From: Neovahlkampfia damariscottae
Taxonomy: Eukaryota
Reading direction: 5' to 3'
Assembly (NCBI GenBank): GCA_016618085.1
Contig: JABLTG010000152.1
Span: 1 to 47,340 of the forward strand
DNA: 47,340 nt
Made by a program: the position numbers and the translations under genes. The notes beneath the pieces are model-generated. The model did no database searches, was not told where the DNA came from, and saw nothing but the letters and a program-made list of their open reading frames with translations. Below are positions 10,337 through 21,980 of the stretch, in pieces; within the stretch, counting starts at the first letter, position 1; each line of letters opens with the position of its first letter.

Positions 10337-11414
10337 TTATTCATCGTTTTTGAACAAATGTATTGAGTAATCAGAAGACCTTCAAAAAGAATAAAAACAA
10401 TAAAACCATACCTCTCTTCTTCTCCAGAATAAGCCAAAATATATTCTTTAGGATGCCATGCACATGTATTTATAATCATTCTATCCTTCACTTGGTATTC
10501 ATGTTTTCCATTTTTAACAACATTCTTCAAAAAATTAGATAAAAAAGATCATTACCAATTCCAAAGAATTTTCAGTTCCATGAGCTATATATTTGCCATC
10601 ATGTGTCATACTCAAACTTCTAATAGGATTTCTAAGAATAATTAGTCATATAAAATGAGATTTACTCAGAAAATGAAATATTCTTCAAACACAATAATTC
10701 TTTTGCGTCCCAAATTGAAATTAACGAATCAGAAGAACCTAATGCAAAATAATCATCTTTAAAGTCAATAGAATAAATATTTGATGGATGAGCTTGAATA
10801 GATTTATATTTGGACCAGTCTTTTGAACTAAAAATTATTTTAAAAAAAAAGAAATTCAAACTCCAATATTTCAACACTACCAACACCTGTTGTAACAAAA
10901 AAAAACTTTTCAGTTAAATCCCATTTTAGTTCGTTGACTTCAACTGGAAATTGTTTTGTTTTCAAAGTTTCATAGTTTTTGGTGTCTATAAAAGTTACAA
11001 TGTCGTCCAAGGAAGCAGTAGCAATTTGTGAACCATCAGGCTTCCATGAAACATGTATATTTTCACTATTTGTTGAAATCTTTTTTATAGATTCTCCAGA
11101 ACGAACATCCCAAAAAATTACATTTTTATCACGACTTGTTGTGACTAATTGAGAACTATCTGATGGATTAAAACATAAACTTTCTATGTTTTCTGTATGT
11201 CCTTTTAACTCTAAAGGTTTATCAGGTTTCTAAAAAAGTTTAAAATTCACACTTTTTTTTTCAGTTTTACATTCAAATCCCAAATTTTTGTTGTCAAGTC
11301 CAACGAACAACTGGCTAATTTTCCATCACAACTCCAACCCACATTTGATATTTTTCTTTTATGTCCATCAAGTTTTATTGTTGAAAACTCTTTAAAAATT
11401 GAGTCTTGAGTCAT
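10337..11414 (-). CDS. THOC3: WD40 protein, THO complex subunit 3 (Tex1)-like, multi-exon
   Basis: LDGHKRKISNVGWSCDG, ELKGHTENIESLCFNP, FWDVRSG, EVNELKWD, IQAHPSNIYSIDF, FALGSSDSLISIWD, CAWHPKEYILAYSGE; several short introns. Confidence 0.8.
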
Positions 11415-11490
11415 TTTCAATTCTTGATAAAAAATTATTGAATCCGTTAACCAATAAAATCACACATAAAAACATTTGGAAGAAAAAAAA

Positions 11491-12347
11491 ATGTCTGATG
11501 ATTCTCTGCCACAATCAAAAACTGTCCAGAACTTTCTATATAAAGTAAAATTAAAAATATATTCATTTCAATAATTAGGTTATTGTGGTTGGAGATTACG
11601 CAGTTGGTAAAAAAAACAAACAAAAAAAAAATTAAAATCTAAAGGAAAAACAAGTAAATACAAAAAGAAATATTAATCTTTTCAAAAAGGTTTAATTCAA
11701 AGATACTCTTTTGGTGAGTTCACCAGTAATTATAAAATTACCATTGGTGTGGATTTTTCACTAAAAAAAGTGAGATGGAATCAAAAAACAAATGTTTCTT
11801 TGCAGCTTTGGGATGTAGCAGGTCATGAAAGATTCGGAGGAATGACAAGGTAAAAAAAAAAAAGTTGACTTTTTACTAGAATTTATTATCAACATGCAAT
11901 TGCTGCTGTGGTTTGTTTTGATATTTCTAGACCATCAACACTTGAAAATGTAAAAAAATGGATTGAAGATATAAGAGATAAAGTTGAATTGCCAAACGGA
12001 AAACCGATTCCAATGATACTTTTAGCGAACAAAGTGAAAAAAAAAAAAAAAAATTAATTTTCCAAAAGTGTGATATACCAGATGTACAAATTGATGAGAA
12101 CAAAATGGATAATTTTGCAAAAGAGAATGGTTTCTTTGCTTGGTTTCCAGTTTCTTCAAAAACGAATTATAACGTCAATGAAGCGTTCAAAGCATTAATT
12201 TCTCAAATTTTAAATGTGACTTCTGGATTGGAGGTAAAAAATCCTGATAAAAAAACAGAAGGTACTGTCAGGATTGATGATAATGATGATGAAGTTCAAG
12301 TTCAAAGAAATCTTGTTACTGAATGGAAAAATTATTGTTGCAATTAA
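11491..12347 (+). CDS. RAB32: Rab32-family small GTPase, multi-exon
   Basis: KVIVVGDYAVGKTS (split over a 9-nt microexon), YKITIGVDFSLK, LQLWDVAGHERFGGMTR, KVELPNGKPIPMILLANKCD; C-terminal CCN prenylation motif. Confidence 0.85.
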
Positions 12348-12454
12348 TATTATTATGAATAAAGCATTAAAAATGGACCAATATATCAAAAATTGCCTCC
12401 AATTTTCCATTCAAATATTTACTTGGTGGTCATTTTTTATTGGTTGATTTCTTG

Positions 12455-13065
12455 ATGTTGAGTTTATTCACAACAAAGGCCAATGAAGCTTCAAGTGTGG
12501 ATTCAAATTATGATATAGAAGCACAGCAACCTAAAAACACAGGTTTTTTTGGTTCTTTCTTCAACCAGAGTACACCTCAAACAGAACCAAGTTTTTTTGC
12601 AGGAATGTTTTCTTTGACTAGAGGACAAAGGATTGCTGGATTTGTAATCTCACTTGTATTAGGAATATTTTGTTTGTTCCTTTGTGCTTTTCTTTTGCCT
12701 ACAATTCTATTCGCCAGCAGAAAATTTGCAGTTTTGTATACTTTAGGTAACTAAACTACAAAAACTAAAATCACTGAAAAAAAGGAAATTTTTTATTAGT
12801 TGGAAGTACTACTTTCTTAGTTGGTCCTTATGCTCAATTATCAAGTATGTTTCAGAAAGAAAGAATAATTCCTGGTGTTCTTTATATAACAACAGTTATT
12901 TTGACAATTTTTTGTGCTTTTAGTTTACATAATGTTATTATCATGCTAATGTTAATTTTTATACAATTAGTTGCTTTGGCTTGGTATATCATTTCTTATA
13001 TTCCTTTTGGTCAACAAATGATTAGTGGATTTTTTTCAATTTTTACAATGGCATTTCGAAATTAG
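12455..13065 (+). CDS. SFT2: Got1/Sft2-family vesicle transport membrane protein
   Basis: SLTRGQRIAGF, KFAVLYTLG, FLVGP..QL..MF and LAWYIISYIPFGQ; four hydrophobic helices; one intron. Confidence 0.88.
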
Positions 13066-13279
13066 AATTTAAAATGATCAAGAATGTAAAGTAATTCATT
13101 CAAATAATAACTTGTTTATTTTTGATTTTTTGCATTTTTTTTTAGATGTCAAAAAATGAAAATGCAAAAAATGCTTTTTCGATAAAAGTAAAAGCTTTAG
13201 TTGTTGTTTATTTTATATAGTTTATAGTTATTAGGGTTTGAAAGTCATTTCAAAGGTATTTTTCATTTTTTGAAAAATA

Positions 13280-14117
13280 TTATTTAACCAAATTGAAATA
13301 TGAAGCAAATAATTCATCACCGTCTTGAATATCATCTAAAGCAACTAAAACAATACTTTTTATATGATCAATTCCTAAATTTCCATCAAAATGAACATTT
13401 GGAATGAATTGATAAAAGTCGAATGGAAATTTGTCAAAGGTGTATTCAAAATACATCACATTCGCATCAATAAACCCATCTCCATCTTTATTACTATCAA
13501 ATTTGAATATCAAATAAAAAAAAAACCTATTAATGTAATGACCAATTGACATTGGATTTTTGATCAACTTTATTTCGTTTGAATAAAAATTCAACCATGA
13601 AAAGTCTCCAAGATAAACCTTATTATGCATTCCATTCCTTTTGACGCATGATTTGAAAAGGTACTTTGAGATGAATCTATCATTTCCATCAATAAAGCAA
13701 AAGTCTTTCCTTTGAAGTATGAATTTATTCCCAATGGATTGAAAGAAAATCGGTTCATAAGGATCATAAACAGTACCTGAAAATATGAAATGAATTATGT
13801 GGTTATTTTTATAAACCTGGATATATTGCAACAATAGAACCTTTTGGAATGAATCCACTCACAAAAACCCCATTACCTGCTTTTTTAATTGTGGATTTTT
13901 GTTTGAATAAACAATACCCAAAGAATTTCTTCATTAAATCAAATGGATTATCGGTTGGTTTCTTTTCTTTCAAAATTTGAAAAAAATTTAACAATGTAAC
14001 TGTTATTGTTTCTTTTTTTATTGTTTGTTCAAATTGAATTCGCTGGATTTGTTTTTCAATAGAATAGATCCTAAAAAATATAGAGAATTGTTTTTTTTTC
14101 AGTGTTTTGTTCAACAT
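13280..14117 (-). CDS. SETD9: SET domain-containing protein 9-like
   Basis: AGNGVFV..IPKGSIVAIYPG|TVYDPYEPIFFQSIGNKF..IDGND, NPMSIGHYIN and IVLVALDDIQDGDELFASYF; short introns. Confidence 0.85.
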
Positions 14118-14165
14118 GAGTTAATAACAAATCAAAATCATTGGTCAAAAAAAAAACACAAAAAT

Positions 14166-15629
14166 TTATCTCCTGCAACAAATGAAAAACGAAAACAAAA
14201 AAATTAGGATTTGGGAGTATAATATCCATGATAAATTTTCAAAAATAAAGATTTTGAAAATTTCCATTTGATCAGTTTCCCGAAAAACACCATGCCAGTT
14301 TAATTTTGATTGCTCAATTTCAATGACACCATAATTATTAGTAATCATCTGTTCATCATGATGCATTTTCCAATTTCCGAATTTTTGTTCTGTGAAATGT
14401 TTTCCAACAGCAAAGAATAAAACCAACTTCAATTCAGAAATGACTGCAGATCCTTTTGAAATTCCACTTGAAATCAATTGGTCAATGCAATGATTGGATT
14501 TATCACAAATTTTTGATTTTACAAATTGATGAACATCACCAGAAATGAGTTTCACTTTTGGATGATGTTTTAACAACTCAAAAATTTTGATCAAATTTCT
14601 AATCAACAAAGGATGACTGGGATAAGTTTCTTTTGGATTTTCGAACGTATATGCTAATTTTGACATAAATGGGCTGAAAAAACCAAGTGGTGTTCCAGTG
14701 CATATCAAAATATGATCAATGGTTTCGTCGTTTTTCCATTCTTCCAATTGGGTGGTCAACAAATCAAATTGCTCTTTTCCCAATAATCTAAAATCTTCAT
14801 CAAGTTCAAAAGTTCTTTGAAATCTAGTGTCTAATAAACCAAGTCCGATATTTCCAATTCTATTGAATTCATAAGTTCTTTTTAATTTATCAAAATTTTC
14901 GTCAACCAATAAATTACCAGCTTCATCATAGATATCACCAATCAATTGATATTGATATTCATAAAATGCTTGTCTACCAGCTAATAACAATTTTTTGAAT
15001 TTTGTATTCAACAAAAGAGCATCAACATTGTTTGTGATATCATGATCATCTGGTATCATCAAATGTGATCCAGATCTTAAGAACTCTCTTTTAACAGGTG
15101 TGTCCCATGTCAAACGATATAATTTTCTATATTCTTCCAAAACATATTCATAACTTTGTTCTGTGGTCAAATTCTTTCCAATAATGTCTGCATAAATTTG
15201 ATCACCTAAATGAAGAACAACATCATAATCTGAGTCCTTTTCCAATAATTTTTTATAAAAATCTTCATCTCTATCATCAACATATCTGTCACAAGAAGTC
15301 ACTAAAAGTTTCAATTTTTTCTGTTGTTTATTGGAAAACGTCCTAAAGGAGACAAAATCATTTTCACCAAAAAAAACTTTGAATTCTGAATTTTCAGAAA
15401 GATTTTTAAATATTATAATTTTTGGTTTCAGTTCAAGATGTATTTTTTTTGTTTGAGTTTCTTTTGAATTTTTTAAATTTTTTAACACAACAATTTGGTT
15501 TCTTATTTCTGTTTGATTTGAAGCTTCGTACAAAATTCTCACAGAGTTATTTGTTACAGTTCCTGTTATAAGAAGAAGACAGTTAGTTCCAACAAAGAGA
15601 AGAGCAAAAACCAACAAGCACTTGTGCAT
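14166..15629 (-). CDS. PhoD-like alkaline phosphatase/phosphodiesterase, membrane-anchored
   Basis: Signal peptide MHKCLLVFALLFVG; SCD, LHLGDQIYAD, PDDHDITNN, LLDTR and SGDVH metal-ligand motifs; C-terminal TM helix. Confidence 0.88.
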   Translation of the reverse strand: MHKCLLVFALLFVGTNCLLLITGTVTNNSVRILYEASNQTEIRNQIVVLKNLKNSKETQTKKIHLELKPKIIIFKNLSENSEFKVFFGENDFVSFRTFSNKQQKKLKLLVTSCDRYVDDRDEDFYKKLLEKDSDYDVVLHLGDQIYADIIGKNLTTEQSYEYVLEEYRKLYRLTWDTPVKREFLRSGSHLMIPDDHDITNNVDALLLNTKFKKLLLAGRQAFYEYQYQLIGDIYDEAGNLLVDENFDKLKRTYEFNRIGNIGLGLLDTRFQRTFELDEDFRLLGKEQFDLLTTQLEEWKNDETIDHILICTGTPLGFFSPFMSKLAYTFENPKETYPSHPLLIRNLIKIFELLKHHPKVKLISGDVHQFVKSKICDKSNHCIDQLISSGISKGSAVISELKLVLFFAVGKHFTEQKFGNWKMHHDEQMITNNYGVIEIEQSKLNWHGVFRETDQMEIFKIFIFENLSWILYSQILIFLFSFFICCRR

Positions 15630-15755
15630 AGTAGTCTTCGAGTTGATCCAATCAGGAAATAGGAAGCAAGATGCAAAAACTAAAAGCTGAAGAAGACATT
15701 TCTGATTTTGAAAACAAAAATGTGAACAAACAGCCAATACGATTTAATTACAAAA

Positions 15756-16502
15756 TCAATCTTCTTTTATTTGGTCGAGTTTTGTTGCAATAGCTTTGAC
15801 TTCTTTGATTGTTCTCAACATTGGTGGACAATGTCTTCCAAAACTATGAGGAATAGTTGAAAAATATTGAGAAGATAACTCTTCTAACTTTTTTGTTGTT
15901 CTTTTCTTTGATCTGATTACCCCAATAATTTCATCTAAAATTTTCAACCCTATTTTCAATTGATTTTGAGAAACTCTTCCAAAAGGCATGTCCTACAATA
16001 TTTAAAATGTTTTTTTCCAAACCTGTGTAATCTCTGGATTTTTTGGATCTATTTCAACCAAGTAGTAATGATTCGGTTTGTTGATAAATTTATCTCTTTC
16101 TTCCCAGACATTTCCTGTTTTTGATTTGAAATTCCTTTTAAATTCTGCTCTTGCATCGTCCATTTTTTCGAACCAATTGTCTTGGAATGCTCCCTTTTCA
16201 CCAATTCGACCATAATGATGAGAAACGTTAAACTTATCTCCTTCACAAATCAAATAGAGTTCATAATATTTGTTGTGATTGTGATTGACATCTGATTGTA
16301 CCAATAAAGCATAATATGTTCCTTCTTCATCATGGTAAACTTTATCTTCAACTTGTGAATGAAAAGTAGTTCCAATTTTGGATCTTTTCATTGATTTCTC
16401 ATCCATTTCATTTTCGATTTCTCTTTTCTTTGTTGATCTTGTGAATGGTGTATATGATTGAGTTTCGTTCTTTTCGTGATGTGCTTCGTTTTGAATCTTC
16501 AT
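15756..16502 (-). CDS. WGR plus PARP regulatory-domain protein lacking the ADP-ribosyltransferase domain
   Basis: WGR domain (NHNKYYEL, HYGRIGEKG, FKSKTGNVW); intron 15993-16022; then MPFGRVSQNQL...LSSQYFSTIPHSFG..PP (PARP_reg); stop at 15756. Confidence 0.82.
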
Positions 16503-16575
16503 TTTTTTGTGATCTGGAAGATCAGACGAATCGACAATCGAAATAGAAAATTTCAACAAAATAGATATTGTTGAT

Positions 16576-18003
16576 TTAGAATTTAAATTTTATATCAAAA
16601 AGATAGTTCACGTTTGTCATCAACTTTTTGTGGCCATGATTTGGTGCATCAAAGAATGAATTGAATGATTGATCAAAATATAATTCAACTGCATCCCATT
16701 TGTTCAGTGGATGACGGAGTATAAACTTTCGTGCTGAAGCATCACATCCTTCAAAACACAGAAAACTTCCATCTACATCAAATTTTTGATTTGTGATTGT
16801 ACAATATCTTCTTGAATGCATGTAACTGATGCTGATAGCATCCAAGTATGATTTGTCCATACTATTCTTTATACTGTCATCTAGATACAAGATTAAATCT
16901 AATTTATTTGATATTTTCAATGAATTGTCAAAGCAACCTTCCCAAGTTGCCTTTCTAAAACCATTGGTCATTTTGAATTTTGAATAAAAACTTCCATTTT
17001 TGTGAAAAATTTCTAAAGTTTTTTCTTTGACATCCATTTTAATATAAGTAATATCGTTAACATAAAAAACGAACATTGTAATTTTCAAACGCAAAGTAAA
17101 ATCCTTATTCACTTTTCCAAAGAAATATGTTCCAAAAGGGTATTGATAAAATGATTTGGGTATCAAATCAAATTCTTTGGCACCTTGAAACATATCTATA
17201 TGCTCTATTGTATTTGAAATGAAACTAGTTCCAATTTTAATTTCATTTTCAATTTCAAAAAATTTAACATAGGAATCATCATCATTTAACAGATTACAAA
17301 AAATACTTAAATGATCATCTTTGAACTCAATTGAATTTGTAATCATTTTAGAATCCATGACAGAGAATTTTAATTTTTCCATGCAACAAAATGAATCAAA
17401 AAAAATTTCATCATTTTCATTTGTGAAATCAAGGTTTTTCACTTGAATTTCTTTCTCTTCCAAGAATGAAAATAATCTCTTTTCTTTAATTTCAAGAAAC
17501 TCTACCATTTTCGAAAATGACTCAAAATTCACAAATTTGAAGTTAAAACTACTTGAAATTTTGAATTGTTTTTTCTTTATTTCCAAGTTGAATTTGATCT
17601 GTTTCACTTCATGAAAATCTGCTTTAATGTAGTATTTTGATAATATTGATTTCAATTGTTCAATCGAAAAATGATAAAATAGAGTTTTTAAAGTTAGAAA
17701 ACTATTCTCCTTTTCATTGTATTTCAATGTCAATTTTTCTTCAGATTCTACTGTCAGCTCCATCCAAAAAAGAGAAAAGTTCAAAGTTGGTGTTATTTGA
17801 ATTCTTTTGATAAATGTTGTTTTCAAAAATTCCTCCGGATAACCGTTCAAAGGTTCTCCATAACAACGTAAGAGTTTCACAAATTTTAGTAAAGATAAGT
17901 GTTTTGGAGTTAAGTCATTCTTTTGGTCAACTTCAAAATCTTCTTGGATTATTTTTTGTATCAATGAAGCGAATGTTTTTTTCTCCTTTCTTTCAAAGCT
18001 CAT
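16576..18003 (-). CDS. hypothetical protein
   Basis: Uninterrupted ORF of about 475 aa with host-like composition; no motif recognised. Confidence 0.65.
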   Translation of the reverse strand: MSFERKEKKTFASLIQKIIQEDFEVDQKNDLTPKHLSLLKFVKLLRCYGEPLNGYPEEFLKTTFIKRIQITPTLNFSLFWMELTVESEEKLTLKYNEKENSFLTLKTLFYHFSIEQLKSILSKYYIKADFHEVKQIKFNLEIKKKQFKISSSFNFKFVNFESFSKMVEFLEIKEKRLFSFLEEKEIQVKNLDFTNENDEIFFDSFCCMEKLKFSVMDSKMITNSIEFKDDHLSIFCNLLNDDDSYVKFFEIENEIKIGTSFISNTIEHIDMFQGAKEFDLIPKSFYQYPFGTYFFGKVNKDFTLRLKITMFVFYVNDITYIKMDVKEKTLEIFHKNGSFYSKFKMTNGFRKATWEGCFDNSLKISNKLDLILYLDDSIKNSMDKSYLDAISISYMHSRRYCTITNQKFDVDGSFLCFEGCDASARKFILRHPLNKWDAVELYFDQSFNSFFDAPNHGHKKLMTNVNYLFDIKFKF

Positions 18004-18076
18004 CCTGAAGTTTTTTTTTTGGTTGGTTTTATAGGTCCAATTAAAAAAAAGCATTTATTTCGTAGTTTTTATTTTT

Positions 18077-18708
18077 TTAATGTTCATGGGTCAAATCCTC
18101 ACTTGAATGATCGATTTGTCCATGTTCGTTGACTGCTTTCTTATTTTTTACAATGAAATAAACATATGCCAATCCAACTGAAATTACAGCAAAAATCACC
18201 ACAAAAACAATCACAGCAACACCTACTATCCAAATACCCCAATTTACATCAAATTTTGGATAAAATTTTTCTCGTCTAATCATGTTAACAACAACACTAC
18301 TTGAGTTAAAAGTTTCAATACCAACAACAAGTCTTTTTGAAATCATTGAGTGCATGCCATATTCTCCATCTGCTTTATGAACACCTAATAAAAATTAAAA
18401 AATACAAAAAATTCTTTACCTATAGATTTATACAAAGATGTAAAATTCTGTTTGTTGTGATTTGGGAAACTGAGAGAAGTTTCATAATCTAATAAATAAA
18501 CATTACAAAATGTTGAACATTCAACGTTCCAAACGATTCTTTCTGCGTTGGTTGAAAAATAAACGGATGTTGTTCTGTTGTTTTCCAAGTAAACAGAAGG
18601 GTCTCGATGTACTATCCAATTTCCTTTATTTTTTCAGTATAAAAGTTTGATAATACCTTTGGTAAACTGTATAATCAAAAACAACAGAAAAAAAATTGAT
18701 GTCTTCAT
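18077..18708 (-). CDS. hypothetical type I membrane protein, multi-exon
   Basis: Signal peptide MKTSIFFLLFLII, ORF pieces separated by short GT-AG introns, TM helix WIVGVAVIVFVVIFAVISVGLAYVYF. Confidence 0.65.
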
Positions 18709-18874
18709 GTTTTGTTTGTTTGGAAGTTTGACCAATGACAACAAAGTTGTGACAAAAAAGAAAAATATTAAATTATTTTTTTTTTAAAAAAAATTCAATT
18801 TTGTTTGATTTAAATGAATAATGTTTTGAAGTAATTTCATTGGTAGATTATATAAAACAACAAAACGAACTTTG

Positions 18875-21049
18875 ATGTCTGAAGAAGAGAAAATAGAAGT
18901 TGCTTCAACACCAACTGAAACAAAAGAATCAGAAAAGAAAGAATCTACCCCTTTACCACAACAAACAGAACAACCAAAACCAAAACCACAAACAGAAGAA
19001 CATAACGGAAAAAAAGTAAAGAAATCCGTTGTACCAAGACTCAAAGCATCTTGTATACCAATTGTTAATTTAAGGAATGTCGCAAAAGAAGAACTCCAAA
19101 CCATTTTAGATAACATCAAAAAAAAAAGTTCTTCCTCAACATTCACACTTGTTTTGGATCCTTCTGTTGTAGGACCTCTGACTTTAATTGTTCCTTTTTC
19201 TACATTAAAAGTAAAAAAAAAAAAAAAATTTTTCACATTTTTTCACACAGGAAAAAGGTGTTGATGATTCAATTCACACAACTGCTGAACCATTCAACAC
19301 AAATTTAAGCACAGTTGTTTATTTTGTTCGTCCAAGAATAGACATTATGAAAGATATTTCAAAACAAATTTTAAACTTTTCTGATAAGAAAAGAGTGTTT
19401 ATTTATTTTGTTCCAAGAAAAAATTTGATTTCAGAAATTACCTTACAAAAAACTGGAGTTTATGATTTAATTGAACAACCTATTGGTGAATTTACTTTAG
19501 ATCTTATCCCTTATGATAATGATTTGTTATCAATGGAGGTTCCTTTTGGTTTTAAAGAGTTACAGACTGTAAGAAAAAAAAAAAATTTTAAAACTTTTTT
19601 TAGGATGGAGATAATTCAACGTTGTATCATGTAGCACGTTCTATTATGAAAATACAAGCGCTTTATGGTGTCATACCAACCATCAAATATGTTGGTGAAG
19701 CAGGTGAAAGAATTTCAAAAATGTTATTGGCAATGAAAAAGAAACTAGGTCAAGAACATACATTTCGCCCTGATTTTCAAATTGGTGAAATTGTAATTAT
19801 TGATCGTGCTGTTGATTTAATTTCACCTTTAATCACACAATTAACTTATGAAGGTTTAATTGATGAACTATATGGAATCAACAATAGTAAGAAAGTAAGT
19901 TTTTAACATCATACTTTTTAGACTTAATCGGACTTGAATTTTTACTTCCTTATGTTAAGAAAGGTCAAAAACCACCAAGTAGAACAAAAATGCCTTTAAA
20001 TGATGATGATGATATTTTTTATCAAATTAGACACAAGAACTTTAACGCAATCGGTAAAAAAAAACACTACTAAAATTTAAAAGGTAAACAACTTCATAAA
20101 GAAGCTGCTATTATCACAGAACAATATGATGAAAAGAAGAAAATGCATGATAAAAAAGTTGATGTGAAAACTATAAAAGAATTTGTTGATAAATTACCTA
20201 GACTTCAAATGAAACATGAAGATTTAGGATTCCGTAAGATTTCATGTTTTTTAAATCATTTGTGTTAAAGACATTTCAATTGCCCAAGCTATAAGAGATC
20301 AAATGTCAAAAAATACCTTCAGAAGAACACTTGAAGTTGAACAAAGTAAAAATTCAAAGACTATTAATCCTCTTAAAAAGATATTTTAAAAAATAAAGAT
20401 GAAGAAGGTTGTGTTGAATTCATTGAAGAATTAATAGTAAACCAAGAACCTCTCCAAAAAGTTCTTCGTTTAATCTGTTTAATGTCAGTAGTACAAGCAG
20501 GTTTATCTGAAAAAACATATGACTTTTTGCGTAAAGAATTAATTCATGTAAGAAAAAAAAAAAAAATTTAAAAATTCAAAGTCTTATGGCTATGTCATCA
20601 TGTTATCACTTTTCAACTTGGAATATACAGGTTTATTAAAAAGAAAAAATGGAAAAGAAAAAGGAACTTGGGAACATGTTAGCAAAATTCTTCAATTACA
20701 AGAAGAAGAAGAGGTTGATGCTGAAAATCCAAACTCAACTAGCTTCGTATTTTCAGGTGTCAAACCACTTTCAGTCACTTTAATTGAAAAATTCTTAGAT
20801 AAGTGGAATGAATTGAAATTAGTGATGCCATTTCATGAAATTGGTGAAAAATATCAAACAGGTTCAAAGATTGATGTTACAGATCGTAAATTAATGGTGT
20901 TTTTCGTTGGTGGTGTTACACACGCTGAAATTTCTGCTTTAAGATTTTTATCAAAAATTAAAGGAAGTGATATTATTATTGGAACAACAAAATTGATCAC
21001 AGGATCTTCTTTATTAACAAGCATGCTTGATGAACCTGAAATTGAATAA
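18875..21049 (+). CDS. VPS33: Sec1/Munc18 family protein Vps33, multi-exon
   Basis: TLVLDPSVVGPLTLI, YFVRP, YFVPRK, LDLIPYDNDLLSME, IIDRAVDLISPLITQLTYEGLIDELYGI, VFFVGGVTHAEISALRFL. Confidence 0.93.
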
Positions 21050-21138
21050 AAAAATTATTTTTTTCCATCCAATAAAAAACTTTTTTCCTCTGTAACAAAC
21101 TTGGTCAACAGAAGCAACAATTATTTGACAGTTTGAAA

Positions 21139-21918
21139 ATGTGGTTTTGTTGCTGTTGTCCTATGAAATCTCAATACAAAAATATACAAGGAGAAGGTGA
21201 AATAAAACCTCTTCTGGATCCTTCAGATGATTTTGAGCCACTCAGAATGGATCCAACAAAAAAGCACTTATTACCATCAAAAGAAGAACGTAGAAAATCT
21301 TTGACACCAACTCAAATACCTAGTAGTGCTGTAATTTTTGAAGAATACAAAGATTTAGGAGAAGACTTGGACAAAGATATACAATTTTATTTATTGAAGT
21401 TAAAAGTTTATGAAGAGGAGAATGATCAATTAATGGTTGCTGAGATATTAACAAGTATTGGAAATTCATATTATAATGCCGAAAGATTTGAAGAATCGAT
21501 AGATTATTATGACCAAGCTTTATCTTTATTTAGACAAATTCCAAATGAAAATGTCAATATTGCAAGAAGTTTGACAAATTTAGGAAATAGTTTTTATAAT
21601 TTAAATCAATTTGATGAGGCGATTGAATATTATAAAAGTAGTTTTGTGCTTTTTGATTCTGATGAATCAAATATTGAAATGATTTGTCGATCTGTTTCAA
21701 ATTTGGGAAATGCATATTTTAATTTAGGAAATTATGAAGATGCTATTGCATATTATGACGAAGTGAAAACATTTTGTCGTGAAATTGGTGATTTAGAAGG
21801 AGAAAAAACAGCCTATACCAATTTAGGAAATTGTTATTTTGCTTTGAAGGATTTTAAAACAGCAATGGAATTATATGAAAAAAGGTTGGAAATATCCAAC
21901 TCATTATCGGGTGAATAA
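21139..21918 (+). CDS. TPR-repeat protein with N-terminal cysteine cluster
   Basis: Four TPR repeats (NLGNSFYNL, NLGNAYFNLGNYEDAI); N-terminus MWFCCCCP suggests palmitoylation. Confidence 0.85.
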   Translation: MWFCCCCPMKSQYKNIQGEGEIKPLLDPSDDFEPLRMDPTKKHLLPSKEERRKSLTPTQIPSSAVIFEEYKDLGEDLDKDIQFYLLKLKVYEEENDQLMVAEILTSIGNSYYNAERFEESIDYYDQALSLFRQIPNENVNIARSLTNLGNSFYNLNQFDEAIEYYKSSFVLFDSDESNIEMICRSVSNLGNAYFNLGNYEDAIAYYDEVKTFCREIGDLEGEKTAYTNLGNCYFALKDFKTAMELYEKRLEISNSLSGE

Positions 21919-21980
21919 ACATTAAATTATGCGAAATTGAATCAAAATGTCAGAAATTACAAATTGACATCAATGTGAAT

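Noticed and set aside
13231..13236. TTAGGG telomere-like hexamer
   Set aside because: Single copy; expected by chance.
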